A DNA stretch of 64,000 bases from Phoronis australis (taxonomy: Eukaryota; Animalia; Phoronida). The position numbers and the translations under genes are program-made. Position 1 is the stretch's first letter. Each line of letters begins with the position of its first letter. The DNA is taken from positions 299,883 through 363,882 of the forward strand of contig NMRA01000059.1 of assembly GCA_002633005.1 (NCBI GenBank), in the 5' to 3' direction. A model generated the notes under the pieces. The model did no database searches, was not told the origin of the DNA, and saw nothing but the letters and a program-made list of their open reading frames with translations. This document shows positions 26,946 to 38,701 of the stretch, piece by piece.

Positions 26946-28227
26946 ATATATATTTCTCCACAAAAGTAAATACAAAGAATATTTAACTTGGTTTTTATGT
27001 TCTCATATAACAACAAAATCTCAGCCATCTGTTACAAGGAATAAAAGGTATAGGGAAGTTAAAAAATACAAAAATGAAAATAGAGTTGTATAATCACCGA
27101 ATAAGGACCACTATTTCCCAGCGGACAGAGCAGGTTAAATAAGAAAAGGGATCAGAGCCCCAGACTGGCATACAAGCTTTGCATGTTTGTAAAGGCAGGC
27201 TTACAAGCCCTCTAGAGTTGTGTCTCAATATGTAGACAATCCAGTGATCCCTCTAATTCTGAGCTGAAGAGGGTATATGGATGAGTAAATAGACAAGGTC
27301 ACTCCACTGTCTGAGCCAATGTGCCACTGGGACTAGCAATACAGAATAAAAACAAACAAGTTTACACATGAAGAAAGACAAAGTGCTTCTCTTTTCATGG
27401 CTAGAGTGCCATTGACACCGCACTGCTCCTGACAAAAATCAGCCTTCGAACTCTAGATTTATCAGTTTCTTAACCTTTCTCTCTAATATTTCATTTAAAC
27501 AACTACCGTATATAAACTTGCAAATCAACATTTTCCCTTGCTGAGCATGTCATCATTTTTACAACAAAAAAATAAAATATCAAGGCTCACACTTAGCATT
27601 AACTCAACATGAGAAACGTGACATCGTATGACAAAATTCAGTCTTTGTCAAAACACCAAATAGGAACTGAAGTCATAAAATCTCACTGGCAAGAGCCGAA
27701 AATGAAATGCCTGAAGTGAAAAGCTGGTGAACTCAGAAAATTTATGCCGGCATGCTTGTTTTTTCCAACTCACAGCATATTAGGAGTGTTTCATGAGCTT
27801 GGTGAGGACCAATTCCCCTTCTCGGGGGCCCAATATCCCACGCACAGCTCAATACCCCTCACAGTTTAAAAACATGGTCCAGAATTTTTCAAATAAGGCT
27901 CATTATTTTGAAACACAGGAGAAAACATGGAGCAGCGCCATGTAAGGAGAACATTTTGGTTAAAGTCAGAATATTCATTCACTGTCACCGGACTGACCTG
28001 TCCACTCTGCCACTGGACTGATCTGTCTGGCATTTGTTTGGCACAACATATGTTTTGTAAATTATCTCTGTTCACCCATGTCCAATAACAACACAACAGA
28101 ATATGAGAGAACACAGATGTCACTAGTACAAAGTCACACCTGGTGAGACTATAGCAGCTCATCAAAGGAGGGATGATGATTGTCACAGTAGGGAACGTCA
28201 ACAATGGGAGTAATGATCACCTGAACA

Positions 28228-28535
28228 GGGGGTGTTATTCCAGAAGAGTTGGGTATGTTCCATTCATAAGAGCACTATTGAATTCGATCAGCTAAAAAGC
28301 CCTCACCAGCAGAACTGCAATATTTAGAACTATTCTCATAAAACTACAGCTCAACATAACTGTCCGATAATGGCCAGTTAAGGCCATTAATAAAGGCTAC
28401 ATTCCGTACAAGTCTCTTGTGAAAAAGCAAGATTGCACAAGTCTTTGCGAGATATCATTGATCATCATACTTTACACACAAAGCGGGTGATCACTCCAGC
28501 CTAACTCACAAATGTCTCGTATATGGAACGCACCC
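28228..28535. mobile_element. Possible PIF/Harbinger-type MITE
   Basis: ggggtgttattcca ... tggaacgcaccc imperfect TIRs. Confidence 0.35.
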
Positions 28536-29151
28536 TTTCAACTCAACCACTTATTCAAGAAAAGCTGACTTATGAACATATGGGAAGGGTTTATAGAACT
28601 AGTCTCCAATATAGTGACTTATCATATGATCATCAGCTTGATTCCATGAATCATAATTTGACCAGAGGAAATTGTTTATGAAAGAAGTGATTATGCAGTG
28701 CATAATCAGGCGGATGACCTCACAATATGGTTGGTCATTGTAATTCTTAAGTACATAGCCAGGAATGGAGAATGTCATCATGCCTTCATGGAATTCATTA
28801 AACAACAAGTTAAATCTGTTGCTACCTGACTTGCACAAAAATAAAGCAATTTCGACTTATGACTGACAGGTACAATATTGATTTCACTGTTCCTTACTCA
28901 AGATTATAAATGGTTTCTACAGTTTCAGAAATTTTGACTTAGAGTAGACAGAAGTGCTGAAGACCTAAGGTCTAGTTAATCAGGAGTTGACTGACACATG
29001 TCGTCTGACTAGATGATGCCCTGTAGGGAAGGATGACCCTAACCATGTCTTATGTGGCTGCAAGAACTATCAATATGGAATACTAGCACTTAGTTATGCA
29101 CTAGGGGTATTAAACACATGCTATGTTGTGGCTAGCCTAGAGCCAATACAA

Positions 29152-30019
29152 CATTACAACAGGAAGAGACAGAAATGAAATGTCATTTCCCCAATGTCTG
29201 GTCAATTAGGCATAAAAACGGTTTGTGGAGACAGAGCAAAAATCCACAAAAACCACACGCAGAATATACAGTTGTCAATTAACTAAGAGCCTCGTCTTAT
29301 GAGTAAATCGCTTTTTGCCCAAAAATCGAATCAGGGCTTACAATGTCCAGACGAAAATCAGGTCTGCAGCCAATTTGTAACAGTAAATATTTCCCCTGGT
29401 TGTTAGCTGTGAGTGTTGAGGTAATCTACAACATCTGTTTCATTAGCTCAAGTATGAGCAGGTTTAGTGAATGGTAAACAGGTGAAGCCTACTGGTGATT
29501 GAAGCTCTACACAGGTTAAGCTTATTAGGGCCCTTGAGAAATGTCCAATAATTTGGAACGTCCTATCGTCCTATCTCAGAAATNCAGCATTACAACAGGA
29601 AGAGACAGAAATGAAATGTCATTTCCCCAATGTCTGGTCAATTAGGCATAAAAACGGTTTGTGGAGACAGAGCAAAAATCCACAAAAACCACACGCAGAA
29701 TATACAGTTGTCAATTAACTAATAGCCTCGTCTTATGAGTAAATCGCTTTTTGCCCAAAAATCGAATCAGGGCTTACAATGTCCAGACGAAAATCAGGTC
29801 TGCAGCCAATTTGTAACAGTAAATATTTCCCCTGGTTGTTAGCTGTGAGTGTTGAGGTAATCTACAACATCTGTTTCATTAGCTCAAGTATGAGCAGGTT
29901 TAGTGAATGGTAAACAGGTGAAGCCTACTGGTGACTGAAGCTCTACACAGGTTAAGCTTATTAGGGCCCTTGAGAAATGTCCAATAATTTGGAACGTCCT
30001 ATCGTCCTATCTCAGAAAT
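29152..30019. repeat. 432-bp direct duplication split by a single N (probable allelic/assembly duplication)
   Basis: 29152-29583 and 29588-30019 differ at about 2 positions; N at 29584. Confidence 0.85.
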
Positions 30020-31632
30020 GGCTGTTGGGATTCAAATGAAACCTTAGAGTTAAATAAGTCTCAGGTCACACCGCAACATGAGATATTATGAGCTTGGTCT
30101 GAAAAGACACCAAGCCATCAAGTTGTTTGCAAGCCTAGTGATCACACTACTATCAAGAGCAAGTATCCAAAATCAAAACCTGTATTTCTACATAGAGCTC
30201 GGTCTTTACAATGCTTTAAACATATGAGCAGGTGACACAACACCACATGGAGGATGTTTATTGGAACTGTAATGACCACCTTCGGATCACATGCGATGGA
30301 AGTACACGAGTGATCTACACGAGTGAAGTACACCTGTGAGATCAAAATGTGTTCAAATAAGATTCCCTGTAACTAAAGCAGTAAAGATATTGAAGAAAGC
30401 AGATTTCACAAGATACTGCTGAGTGAATGTATGGATCTGTTTAACCCACTATCTCTATAACCTGTTTATGCACCAAAATCTAGGGTCAAAATATCAACGT
30501 GTCCCCATCACAAAGGCCAGATCTTCCTCTGAAATTTTGCTGTCAAAAAAAACTTTTTCTCAGACATGCACCATGCACCAGCACCATTATCAAGTCTACA
30601 GGAAGGTGGAATTAGGTCATTTCAATGACATGAACAAGTGAGTCAGAGTTACCAACAGATCGACCTTCTAAAAGTGGCAATAAATTCACATTCCGTTTAA
30701 ATAACTATTTTTATTTAGAAAACTATCTGATATAAAGCTGATTCCAACTTGTTCCTTGCTCCTTAATCAGATTTGAAAGGGTGTTTGGTTTTACAAAAAA
30801 CAGAGACAGTTTGTAATGTCAAAGCCTGTGTTCAGTGAAAACAATCATAACAAATCAACTTACAGGGCCTCATCTCAATCAAATAAACAATTGTCAGTTC
30901 ATTCCAATGCTAGATGTACTAACAACTATTTCGACTAAAGAATAATTTATTAGACCAAATTTACATTGTGATGATATTTGGTCTACAACTACATTGGCTA
31001 TTGCTATTTCTTTAAGGAATTTTTAGAGAAACTGATGATCAAAAACTGACATCTTTTCAAACCTTTCACGACAGTTTACAGTTCGATGGGAAAGCGCCTT
31101 TTTACAGCTAGACATAATGCCTGACCATGACATGTCAATTAGTTATACGCCTCAACGTGGCTCAATCAGACACCATCAGGCAGAGTGAAATAAACTCCTC
31201 ATTTGGATAGGAACACACACGTTTATTAAATAGCTCTTACACCACAGTGAAAGGAATATGCGCTTGGCTGCCAGTCGGCCTATTACAATGAAGTTTGAAC
31301 AGGTCGGTAAAGAAGTGTGGGTCACTGAAGTGGAAATAAACCGACTCGCTCCCATTGATTGTTTCTAGCAGGTTAGCACACTAATTTGGTCTATACTTCA
31401 CGAACCAGACAAGAAGTTGAACTAGCTAAGGCGATGACTATGACTGAAACAACCCACAATGCCCAATGGATGGCTGCATATCACACAATGCTCGCATGAA
31501 TCCAACGCACTTCACCGTTCACTTGGTTGGCAAATAAACCACTTATCATTGGACGATTCCAGGTTCTGACGCGAAGCTTTACATTTAAAAAGTTAAAAAT
31601 ATATTGATGTCCCATATAACACACACACTCAC

Positions 31633-32300
31633 CAATCGAGAAGAGCGATCTCAATATTCCAATCACAGCACAGAATAACTTTAGTTCAAACTCCAGACCA
31701 ACATCAGCATTCTTTCAAAAAATAAAATGGACGCACTGTTTTAGGTGGCTATTCCTTTCACTCCCTCTACAAATTAGGTGTACATTTAAAAAAATATAAA
31801 AAATGAAACCATGTTACTGTATAAATATATTTCATGCCATTGAGTGATATGAGTTAGTATTAAAGATATGTTGTGTTTTATGATCATGATATCGAATACA
31901 TCTGAACGGGAGGACATTGTAACAGCCACAGGTGAAATTCATGTGACCCAAATATCAGTTTCTTGCTGTCAGAGATGAATTAATGTACGTTGTCGAGCTA
32001 GTTATCTTTGAATGAAAATTAATACTGAGTTTTTTAATTTGTATAGTATGCATCACGAGACGATTAAGAATCACTAGTTTTCTGAGCTATAACTCAAATA
32101 AATGGAGCTCTAAAAACAAAAGTCACGTGACATACAAAATGGTGGACAGTGCGAGAAAAGTGTAGGACTTCGCTGGGATCCCGACTGTGTTGGTCTTGCA
32201 GATAAGGGTGGACCAGCGATAAGCATGATAAGACGCGACTGGTCGTGTGAATGTGCCATAGCATAAAGTCGATCCAGACTTTTAAGTTACATCCATCAAA
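31633..32300. promoter_or_regulatory. Probable bidirectional promoter region with candidate non-coding Vangl exon 1 (donor at 31632, - strand)
   Basis: Head-to-head Vangl (-) and PhyH-like (+); locally more CpG; minus-strand donor attg|gtgagt. Confidence 0.4.
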
Positions 32301-32390
32301 ATGGTGGTCCTTCCAAAGGAATTTAAGCCTGGTGTTCCCGACTACAGCTCAGTTCACGAACCGCTTGGGGAACTCTTCAAGCCTGTCAAG
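32301..32390 (+). CDS. PhyH-family Fe(II)/2-oxoglutarate dioxygenase, exon 1
   Basis: MVVLPKEFKPGVPDYSSVHEPLGELFKPVK|gtttgc, phase 0; aaaATGG start context. Confidence 0.75.
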
Positions 32391-33801
32391 GTTTGCAGCT
32401 CATTAGATGAAACTTGCGAGCTAGCTGATGTTTGCATTAATGCACGCGACATTAACACCCAAAGGCCAAAACCCATTCACGGTGGTGAGGGTAAAAACCC
32501 ATCTAGGAACAATGGGGAAAACAAATTATGGCCCCATAAAGTCAGGAAATGTATCAGTTAGCAGACCTGAGGCTGAGACTGAGAGACCTAGTCCTAGTCC
32601 TAGTTTGTTTTTTACGTTCTGAAAAGGGGCATGCATCCAATGATTAAATTTCAAGCAAAAGCCAACCCCCCTGCCATTTCTGTAGTGAGTGAGCAAAAAG
32701 TCACGGAAGGAGACACAGAGGTCTCCAATTTGATGTTAATAATTCAAATTGTAGACAAATTTCTGGACTTGTTTGTCAAAACAGGCAAACCATGTCTGTA
32801 ATAAGAGATATCAGAACTTAGTAAGTCCAGAGCATATGTTGAAGCAAACTGGTAGATGTGACTTAACACGTGGCACCCCTTAGTTGTGTCTGTTTATGTG
32901 GAAATGCCTGTTTATACCAGAAGTGTGGTTGCTGTAATGTTGTAAAATCCTGCTTGCATTGTAATCATTGATAACTTACTGGAAGTTAGCCATCTGATGT
33001 CTTGTATCATGAATTCCAACTACGGAATTCACTCAGTAATCCAATCAGCCACACAAGTACGTCCGTTACAGTTGTGACCCATCAACAAGTTAAACAACAG
33101 CACAAAACGAAGGCTGTTGAATTGAATGTCCCACACTTGCTGGAGATAGGTGATGTGGACCAATTTTTTCAAGAAAAACAAGGTGAAATCACTCTTTAAA
33201 ACTCCATGAGAAGGCAAACGCTGGATAGTCTAACGTTGACAGTAAGAAAGCCTTCATTCTATCATAAACACAAAAGGAAGGATCCTCAAGGGTTGATCCA
33301 TGGGAATCTTGCTTTGAAATTTACCACTAGAGTGCGCTATGCAATTCCTCATCTTTTTCAACTAAACACGACGAAATGCATTTTTTAAAACTATGTATTT
33401 AGTTGCCAAGACAAAAAATGAAAAAACATTACACCTCTTTAGATCTGATTTTTGCATATTATTCCTCACATGATTTTTGCATATTATTCCTCACCATGAT
33501 AGAACTTGATTCAACATAAGCATCAGCGACTCCAGAGAGTGCTTCAAATTTTTGGGAGGTTGGCCAGCCTCAATAATGAGAATTCAAAAATGGTGCTTGT
33601 ATACATTGCCTACTGCCTTTACTTGCCGGCAATTTAATTTACAATTCGGCATTGTTTATTACTGCATGCCGTCTTATTATTTCAACATTTAACAGAGTTC
33701 TCTAGCTCCTTGTAATCCGGCTTCAGGGACGATAATTTCACATCAACATGTTTTGAGGCTATTAGCCTTCTGCTGATTCGTAATGGTTATTCATATTTCA
33801 G

Positions 33802-33939
33802 GACAAAGCTGAATGGAATTCGTACAAGTTTTCTCAAGAGCAGGTTGACCAATTTTGGAGAGATGGTTACATTACCAATGTACCTTTGTTAACAGAGGCG
33901 CAGTGTGACCGAATCCTTGAAGACTGTAAATATTTTATG
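33802..33939 (+). CDS. PhyH-family dioxygenase, exon 2
   Basis: DKAEWNSYKFSQEQVDQFWRDGYITNVPLLTEAQCDRILEDCKYFM; typical PhyH N-terminal EQxxxFxRDGY; tttcag / gtaagt, phase 0/0. Confidence 0.93.
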
Positions 33940-34157
33940 GTAAGTGAGTGCAAAAATCAGTCAAGTTGTATTTGTTGAACTTGTAATATTTGAAATGAGG
34001 TCACCGGAGTGCAAACACTAATTTCTCAGAATGTGCCTTCACAAATACTATACAAAAGATGTATTAAAAATTAAGACAATTGTTGACATGGAAAAGTAAT
34101 GCTAACAGGGTATAAGGAAAATTATGAATAAATGATGAGATAATAAATACTGATGAT

Positions 34158-34328
34158 TACAAGATGTACGATGGTACAGCGTGATGAGATAAAACAAAGA
34201 TGTACCATGGTACAGCATGATGAGATAAAACAAAGATGTACCATGGTACAGCATGATGAGATAAAACAATGTTGTACCATGGTACAGCATGATGAGATAA
34301 AACAAAGATGTATTGTGCTACAGCATGA
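34158..34328. repeat. 36-bp minisatellite, ~5 copies, abutting the Penelope relic 3' end
   Basis: Unit gatgagataaaacaaagatgtaccatggtacagcat. Confidence 0.92.
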
Positions 34329-34334
34329 GCTGTA

Positions 34335-34760
34335 GACATTGATCTGGGTTCATGGTGGGTTGTCTGCTCCTGATAAAGATGGCTTCTTTAAATTTGAAGA
34401 GATCCAATGTTCCTCTCTGCTTAGAACTTGGTCATTGTCCCTGTCCACAGTATGGTCAGTGTTGATGGTGTGTTCACCAATGCCTGAGGGTTTGTCCATG
34501 TTGGAGTGTTCCTTTCTTCTAGTCACCAGAGAGTAATAGTTTCTCCTATGTTGGTGTGGGAGGGGCCCTCTTTGCAAGAGAGCTAATATTCCACATATGA
34601 CTTGTTGTCGGTGAGAGTGGAATCCTAAGGGTGAATCAGTTTCTCCTGGATGGTGTTTTAAAAATAAGCTTGCAGTAGGTATCTACCCCATGCGATCTAG
34701 AGGTGTGTGCAAACTGCTCAGAAAAGTTCCTGAGGGCCACAGAGGAGTGTTTTCCTTGTC
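34335..34760 (-). mobile_element. Penelope-like retroelement relic (linker + GIY-YIG endonuclease), frameshifted
   Basis: Fragments SEQFAHTSRSHGV...TIQEKLIHP*D, IGET...LVTRRKEH...SGIGEHTINTDHTVDRDNDQVLSREEHW, KEAIFIRSRQPTMNPD resemble the PLE C-terminus. Confidence 0.8.
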
Positions 34761-35168
34761 ATCTTGGAAGGATGTATATGTATCTTCTAAACTTTTCGTG
34801 CTTGCTCTTAACAACTTTAATTTGGACCAGATTAAATAAAGGTGCTATAAACCTGCTTTCAATAAAAATAACCTTTGAATCATTAGATAGCCATATAACT
34901 TGAATGTTAAGTCTAGTTCAAGTTGCATCTCCTTTAGTACTACTATTGGGTAGAGCGGCATTATGTCAGGTGTTGGTGATGGCTATAAGACTAATCTTTC
35001 TCCCTGTGGTGTCATATACTTTGAAAATAACAGAAGCCATTCATCAAGTTAAGCAATTCATTCCTTCAATGTTTTTGACATGTTGTAGCTGCCACATTTA
35101 TGTGTGTTATCATTCAAGGTAAAGTAATACTCTTGGTGCTCCGTGCATTGGGTATTCTTCATTTCCAG

Positions 35169-35422
35169 GATGCCACTTGTCGTCACCCCGGCCACGAAAT
35201 GTTGTATGAATATTGGTCTAATCAAACAGGAGATAGTGACAATGTTTTGATGCATTGTCTTGGTCACTGGAGGCTGACCAGACTCTTCCATGACTTAGTC
35301 TTCTTACCAGCAGTTGTAACCCCAGCATCACAACTGCTGGTAGAAAAAAAAGAAGTCCCTGTTAGATTTTGGCATGACCAAATGTTTGCTAAACCAGCTA
35401 AGCATGGTGGAAATGTCTGTTG
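35169..35422 (+). CDS. PhyH-family dioxygenase, exon 3A (mutually exclusive alternative)
   Basis: DATCRHPGHEMLYEYW...HCLGHWRL...VRFWHDQMFAKPAKHGGNVCW; ttccag / gtaagt; 254 nt, phase 0/2. Confidence 0.93.
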
Positions 35423-35721
35423 GTAAGTTAAGTTCGTTGCCATGTGTTCTTGCGGCCATTAGCTTTGTGCTATTAGCAGCCACGCTTTCTGAAACTGCGC
35501 TAGATATTGCACTGGGTAAAAATAAATTCTTACTAGTAAATAGGCCATTGCTGTATATTTAGTCTATCAGACAAAGAACTCATAATGCCATTTAGTTACG
35601 GAATAAGGATGACATTCAAGTTCTAATAATTCCTTTCAAAATGTTCTCAGACAGGTGGAGTCAGTGGCAAATTCATGAATATTTTGTGTCGATGACTATT
35701 TTGTGTGAGTCATGTAAGCAT

Positions 35722-35890
35722 CCCACCACCCTGAGGCTCGTACCACCTAACTGAGGCTCCCACTACCTAACTGAGGCTCCCACCACCTAACTGAGGCTCC
35801 CACCACCTAACTGAGGCTCCCATCACCTAACTGAGGATCCCATCACCTAACTGAGGATCCCATCACCTAATTGAGGCGCCCACCACCTAA
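35722..35890. repeat. 20-bp minisatellite, ~8 copies, between exons 3A and 3B
   Basis: Unit ctgaggctcccaccacctaa. Confidence 0.93.
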
Positions 35891-36125
35891 GTGAGACAGA
35901 GCCCAGACAGTTGTCTGATGCGGAGGCACAGAGTGAGACAGAGCCCATAGACAGTTCCGTGCATCACACAAACTTGTGAATATGAGCGTGCCATATTTGT
36001 CATTACCGGACGTTGATTATAATGATACACACTTGTGATTGTGAGCACTCCATCTTTTGTCATTACAGGACAGTAATTATACCACACACTTAAGGATATG
36101 AGAACGCCATCTTTTGTCATTACAG

Positions 36126-36379
36126 GACATTAATTTAAACCACCCTGGTCACGATATGCTATATGAGTACCACAGAAACCAATCAAATGATGTGGACAAT
36201 GTGCTAATGCATTGCCTGGGACACTGGCGCTTGACCAAACTGTTTCATGACTTGGTGTTTCTGCCGCAAGCTGTTGTTCCTGCTTCACAGCTTTTGCTTA
36301 AAGATAAGGAATGTGGTGTGCGCTTCTTTCATGATCAAATATTTGCAAAACCTGCTAAACATGGCGCCAATGTTGCCTG
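36126..36379 (+). CDS. PhyH-family dioxygenase, exon 3B (mutually exclusive alternative)
   Basis: DINLNHPGHDMLYEYH...HCLGHWRL...VRFFHDQIFAKPAKHGANVAW; ttacag / gtgagt; 254 nt, phase 0/2. Confidence 0.93.
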
Positions 36380-36790
36380 GTGAGTGTAGGGAACACCCAT
36401 GAACTGTTATCTGGTACAACTTGTCTTGTATCATGGTGATCAAGTCTGCATCTGAGCCATGTTTATCATTGCTTTGTTGAGGATGTAAAACTCATGTACA
36501 CTCCTAATCCAAAATTTAGTTCTCTAAACGTAATCTGTGTTTCATTCCAGAATAAATATTGTCATTTAGTTAATTGTTTATGAACATATTGTCACCTAAC
36601 CAGTCTAAGCAGACAATAATTTCTGCGAACAGCTAGTCTTCTCCAATTATAGTCCATTCAATCTGTAGTTTGGAATGTAGGTCCTTGGCTCCACTTTGCA
36701 GGGTTTCTCAAATGAACAGTTTCAGTGAATGTCAAACAAAGTAAATGCTTTATGGCTCATTCATCTCTGGACAAAAAATTTCAAAAGTAC

Positions 36791-37035
36791 TTGTCATAAC
36801 AGATGTTGCAGCATTATGGGTACATACAGCAAGATTTTAGTGTGTTTCGTGGCTGCACTGACAGTGAAGTTAAGTTGGACTAATTTAGACACTTTAATAG
36901 TATTAAAGTGTCTAAATTAGTCCAACTTAATTCTCTGTCAGTGCAGCCACGAAACAGTAGGGCCGTCCCTGATTACACATACACACTAAAATCTTGCTGT
37001 ATGTACCCATAATGCACCAGCATCTGTCATGACAA
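36791..37035. repeat. ~245-bp near-perfect foldback palindrome centred on 36900
   Basis: ...ttggactaatttagacactttaata-g-tattaaagtgtctaaattagtccaa...; outer arms gcattatgggtacatacagcaagattttagtgtgt / acacactaaaatcttgctgtatgtacccataatgc; ~25-nt insertion in right arm. Confidence 0.95.
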
Positions 37036-37782
37036 TAGCTCACTGTTTTCCACCATTGGAGGTGTTCTTCATTCTTATTAATCCTTACATTTTTTTGTCC
37101 GCTGCTTTACCAACGAAGTATTACTGCTGTGCTGTGTGCTGCAACTGATGGGAGAGAGCTGGATAAACTTGATAAGTGCCGTTTGATGCATGATGTTAAG
37201 CTCTTCACCTTCCTGACTTCAATCATTGATAAGAAAATGCAGAGCTAGTGAATGAAACGAGTTTGTCGAGTTAATTTTGAACCGAACAGAATCCCCTTTT
37301 TTAATGATACCCTGTCTATGCCCTTACTTTTGAGTGGTTGAAATCAGGAATATTTCCACAGCCATACACCTTGACAATTTCTGTCATGAGTTGTGAAAAT
37401 GTGCGCGGCATTCGTAAAGGAGGCACACGCCTCTGGGACAAAAGAGAGTTCTATTGCTGTGGTATTCTATTATGTTAGGTCTGAGCTGACATTGTTAGCT
37501 TTTTACTTTACCTGGCCATTATAATAAATATAATAAGTTATTTGTGTCCATTTCTATTGTTATAATTAGCAATGTTATACATTTCATGGAAAGAAATTAA
37601 AGAAAAAACCGTGATGAGTGTAAACTATAATGCTATTTTATACGCTGCCATCAAATTTTGGGTTCAAGCATATGTGGCATCACGTCAGTCCAGCTGTTGG
37701 TTCTTATCTTTCCATGTGCATTAATTATATTGAACTTCTGTAGCTGAAAATATAATAATTGGCCACACTGTTTTGTTTACAG

Positions 37783-37834
37783 GCATCAAGACTACTCCTA
37801 TTGGACAAGGACCAAACCACTGGCTCACTTGACG
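37783..37834 (+). CDS. PhyH-family dioxygenase, exon 4 (HxD iron ligands)
   Basis: (W)HQDYSYWTRTKPLAHLT; tttacag / gtaagg; phase 2/0. Confidence 0.95.
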
Positions 37835-38260
37835 GTAAGGTTACTCTGTCTGATGATGGTATTCATGGATAATGCACAGTGCGCTCTTTGTTCATTCTGT
37901 TACATTACGTACTGCATGTTAGAAAAATGAGATCAGGTGAAATAGTAATGACACACAGAGTAAAAGTCTGATTGTCATTCAAACAAGTGTTGATAACAGT
38001 GTGTGTAGTTACTATAATGACAATTCAGTCAACTCTACAATTCAATTTACATTTAAATTATGTAACACTAATTCTCCATCATGTTAAGAGAGAAACATGG
38101 AGGCTTTTAACAATAGTAGTATTAGGACTCTAAAATCTGTGCATTTATGGAATTACTTCCTATACCCTGAGCATAACTTGAGGTCTATGTTCAAGTTTGT
38201 TTGGGTTTTTCATCCTTTGTTTGGAAATCAAGCTTTGACTAGTTGTCTTTTTGTTTGCAG

Positions 38261-38328
38261 GTTCACATTGCTCTGGATGACCAGACTTTGGATAACGGCC
38301 CTTTGCTGTACATTCCTGGCTCACATAG
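38261..38328 (+). CDS. PhyH-family dioxygenase, exon 5
   Basis: VHIALDDQTLDNGPLLYIPGSH(R), hallmark LDD...NG.L..IPGSH; phase 0/2. Confidence 0.95.
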
Positions 38329-38701
38329 GTCAGATTTTGGTAGAGTCTTAAATTATCTGTATACCAATAATAATCATAATAATGACTTAGTAACATAATG
38401 GTAAGAGCTGTTTCAAGTCTTATTATGTAATCAAAGTGGCACATATTTGCTGTCTTTTTACTGAAAGGCAACAAACAATGGGCAGATTTAAAAACATTCC
38501 ACCATGGCTTTATATGTGCAGTGCACACTGGCTCATGTCCATGGCTTTATGTGTGCAGTGCACACTGGCTCTTGTTCACAATATGTTTGTTGATCCCCAA
38601 AGAACAGACATGGAGTAAATTTTCAGTATCGAAGGATCAACCAGTATACTTCAAATTTGAATGAGCATGCATTAAATTGGTTAACCGACAGTACTTTTGC
38701 A

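Noticed and set aside
29152-30019. Recent 432-bp tandem duplication
   Set aside because: Single N at the junction and about 2 SNPs indicate an unmerged contig/haplotype overlap
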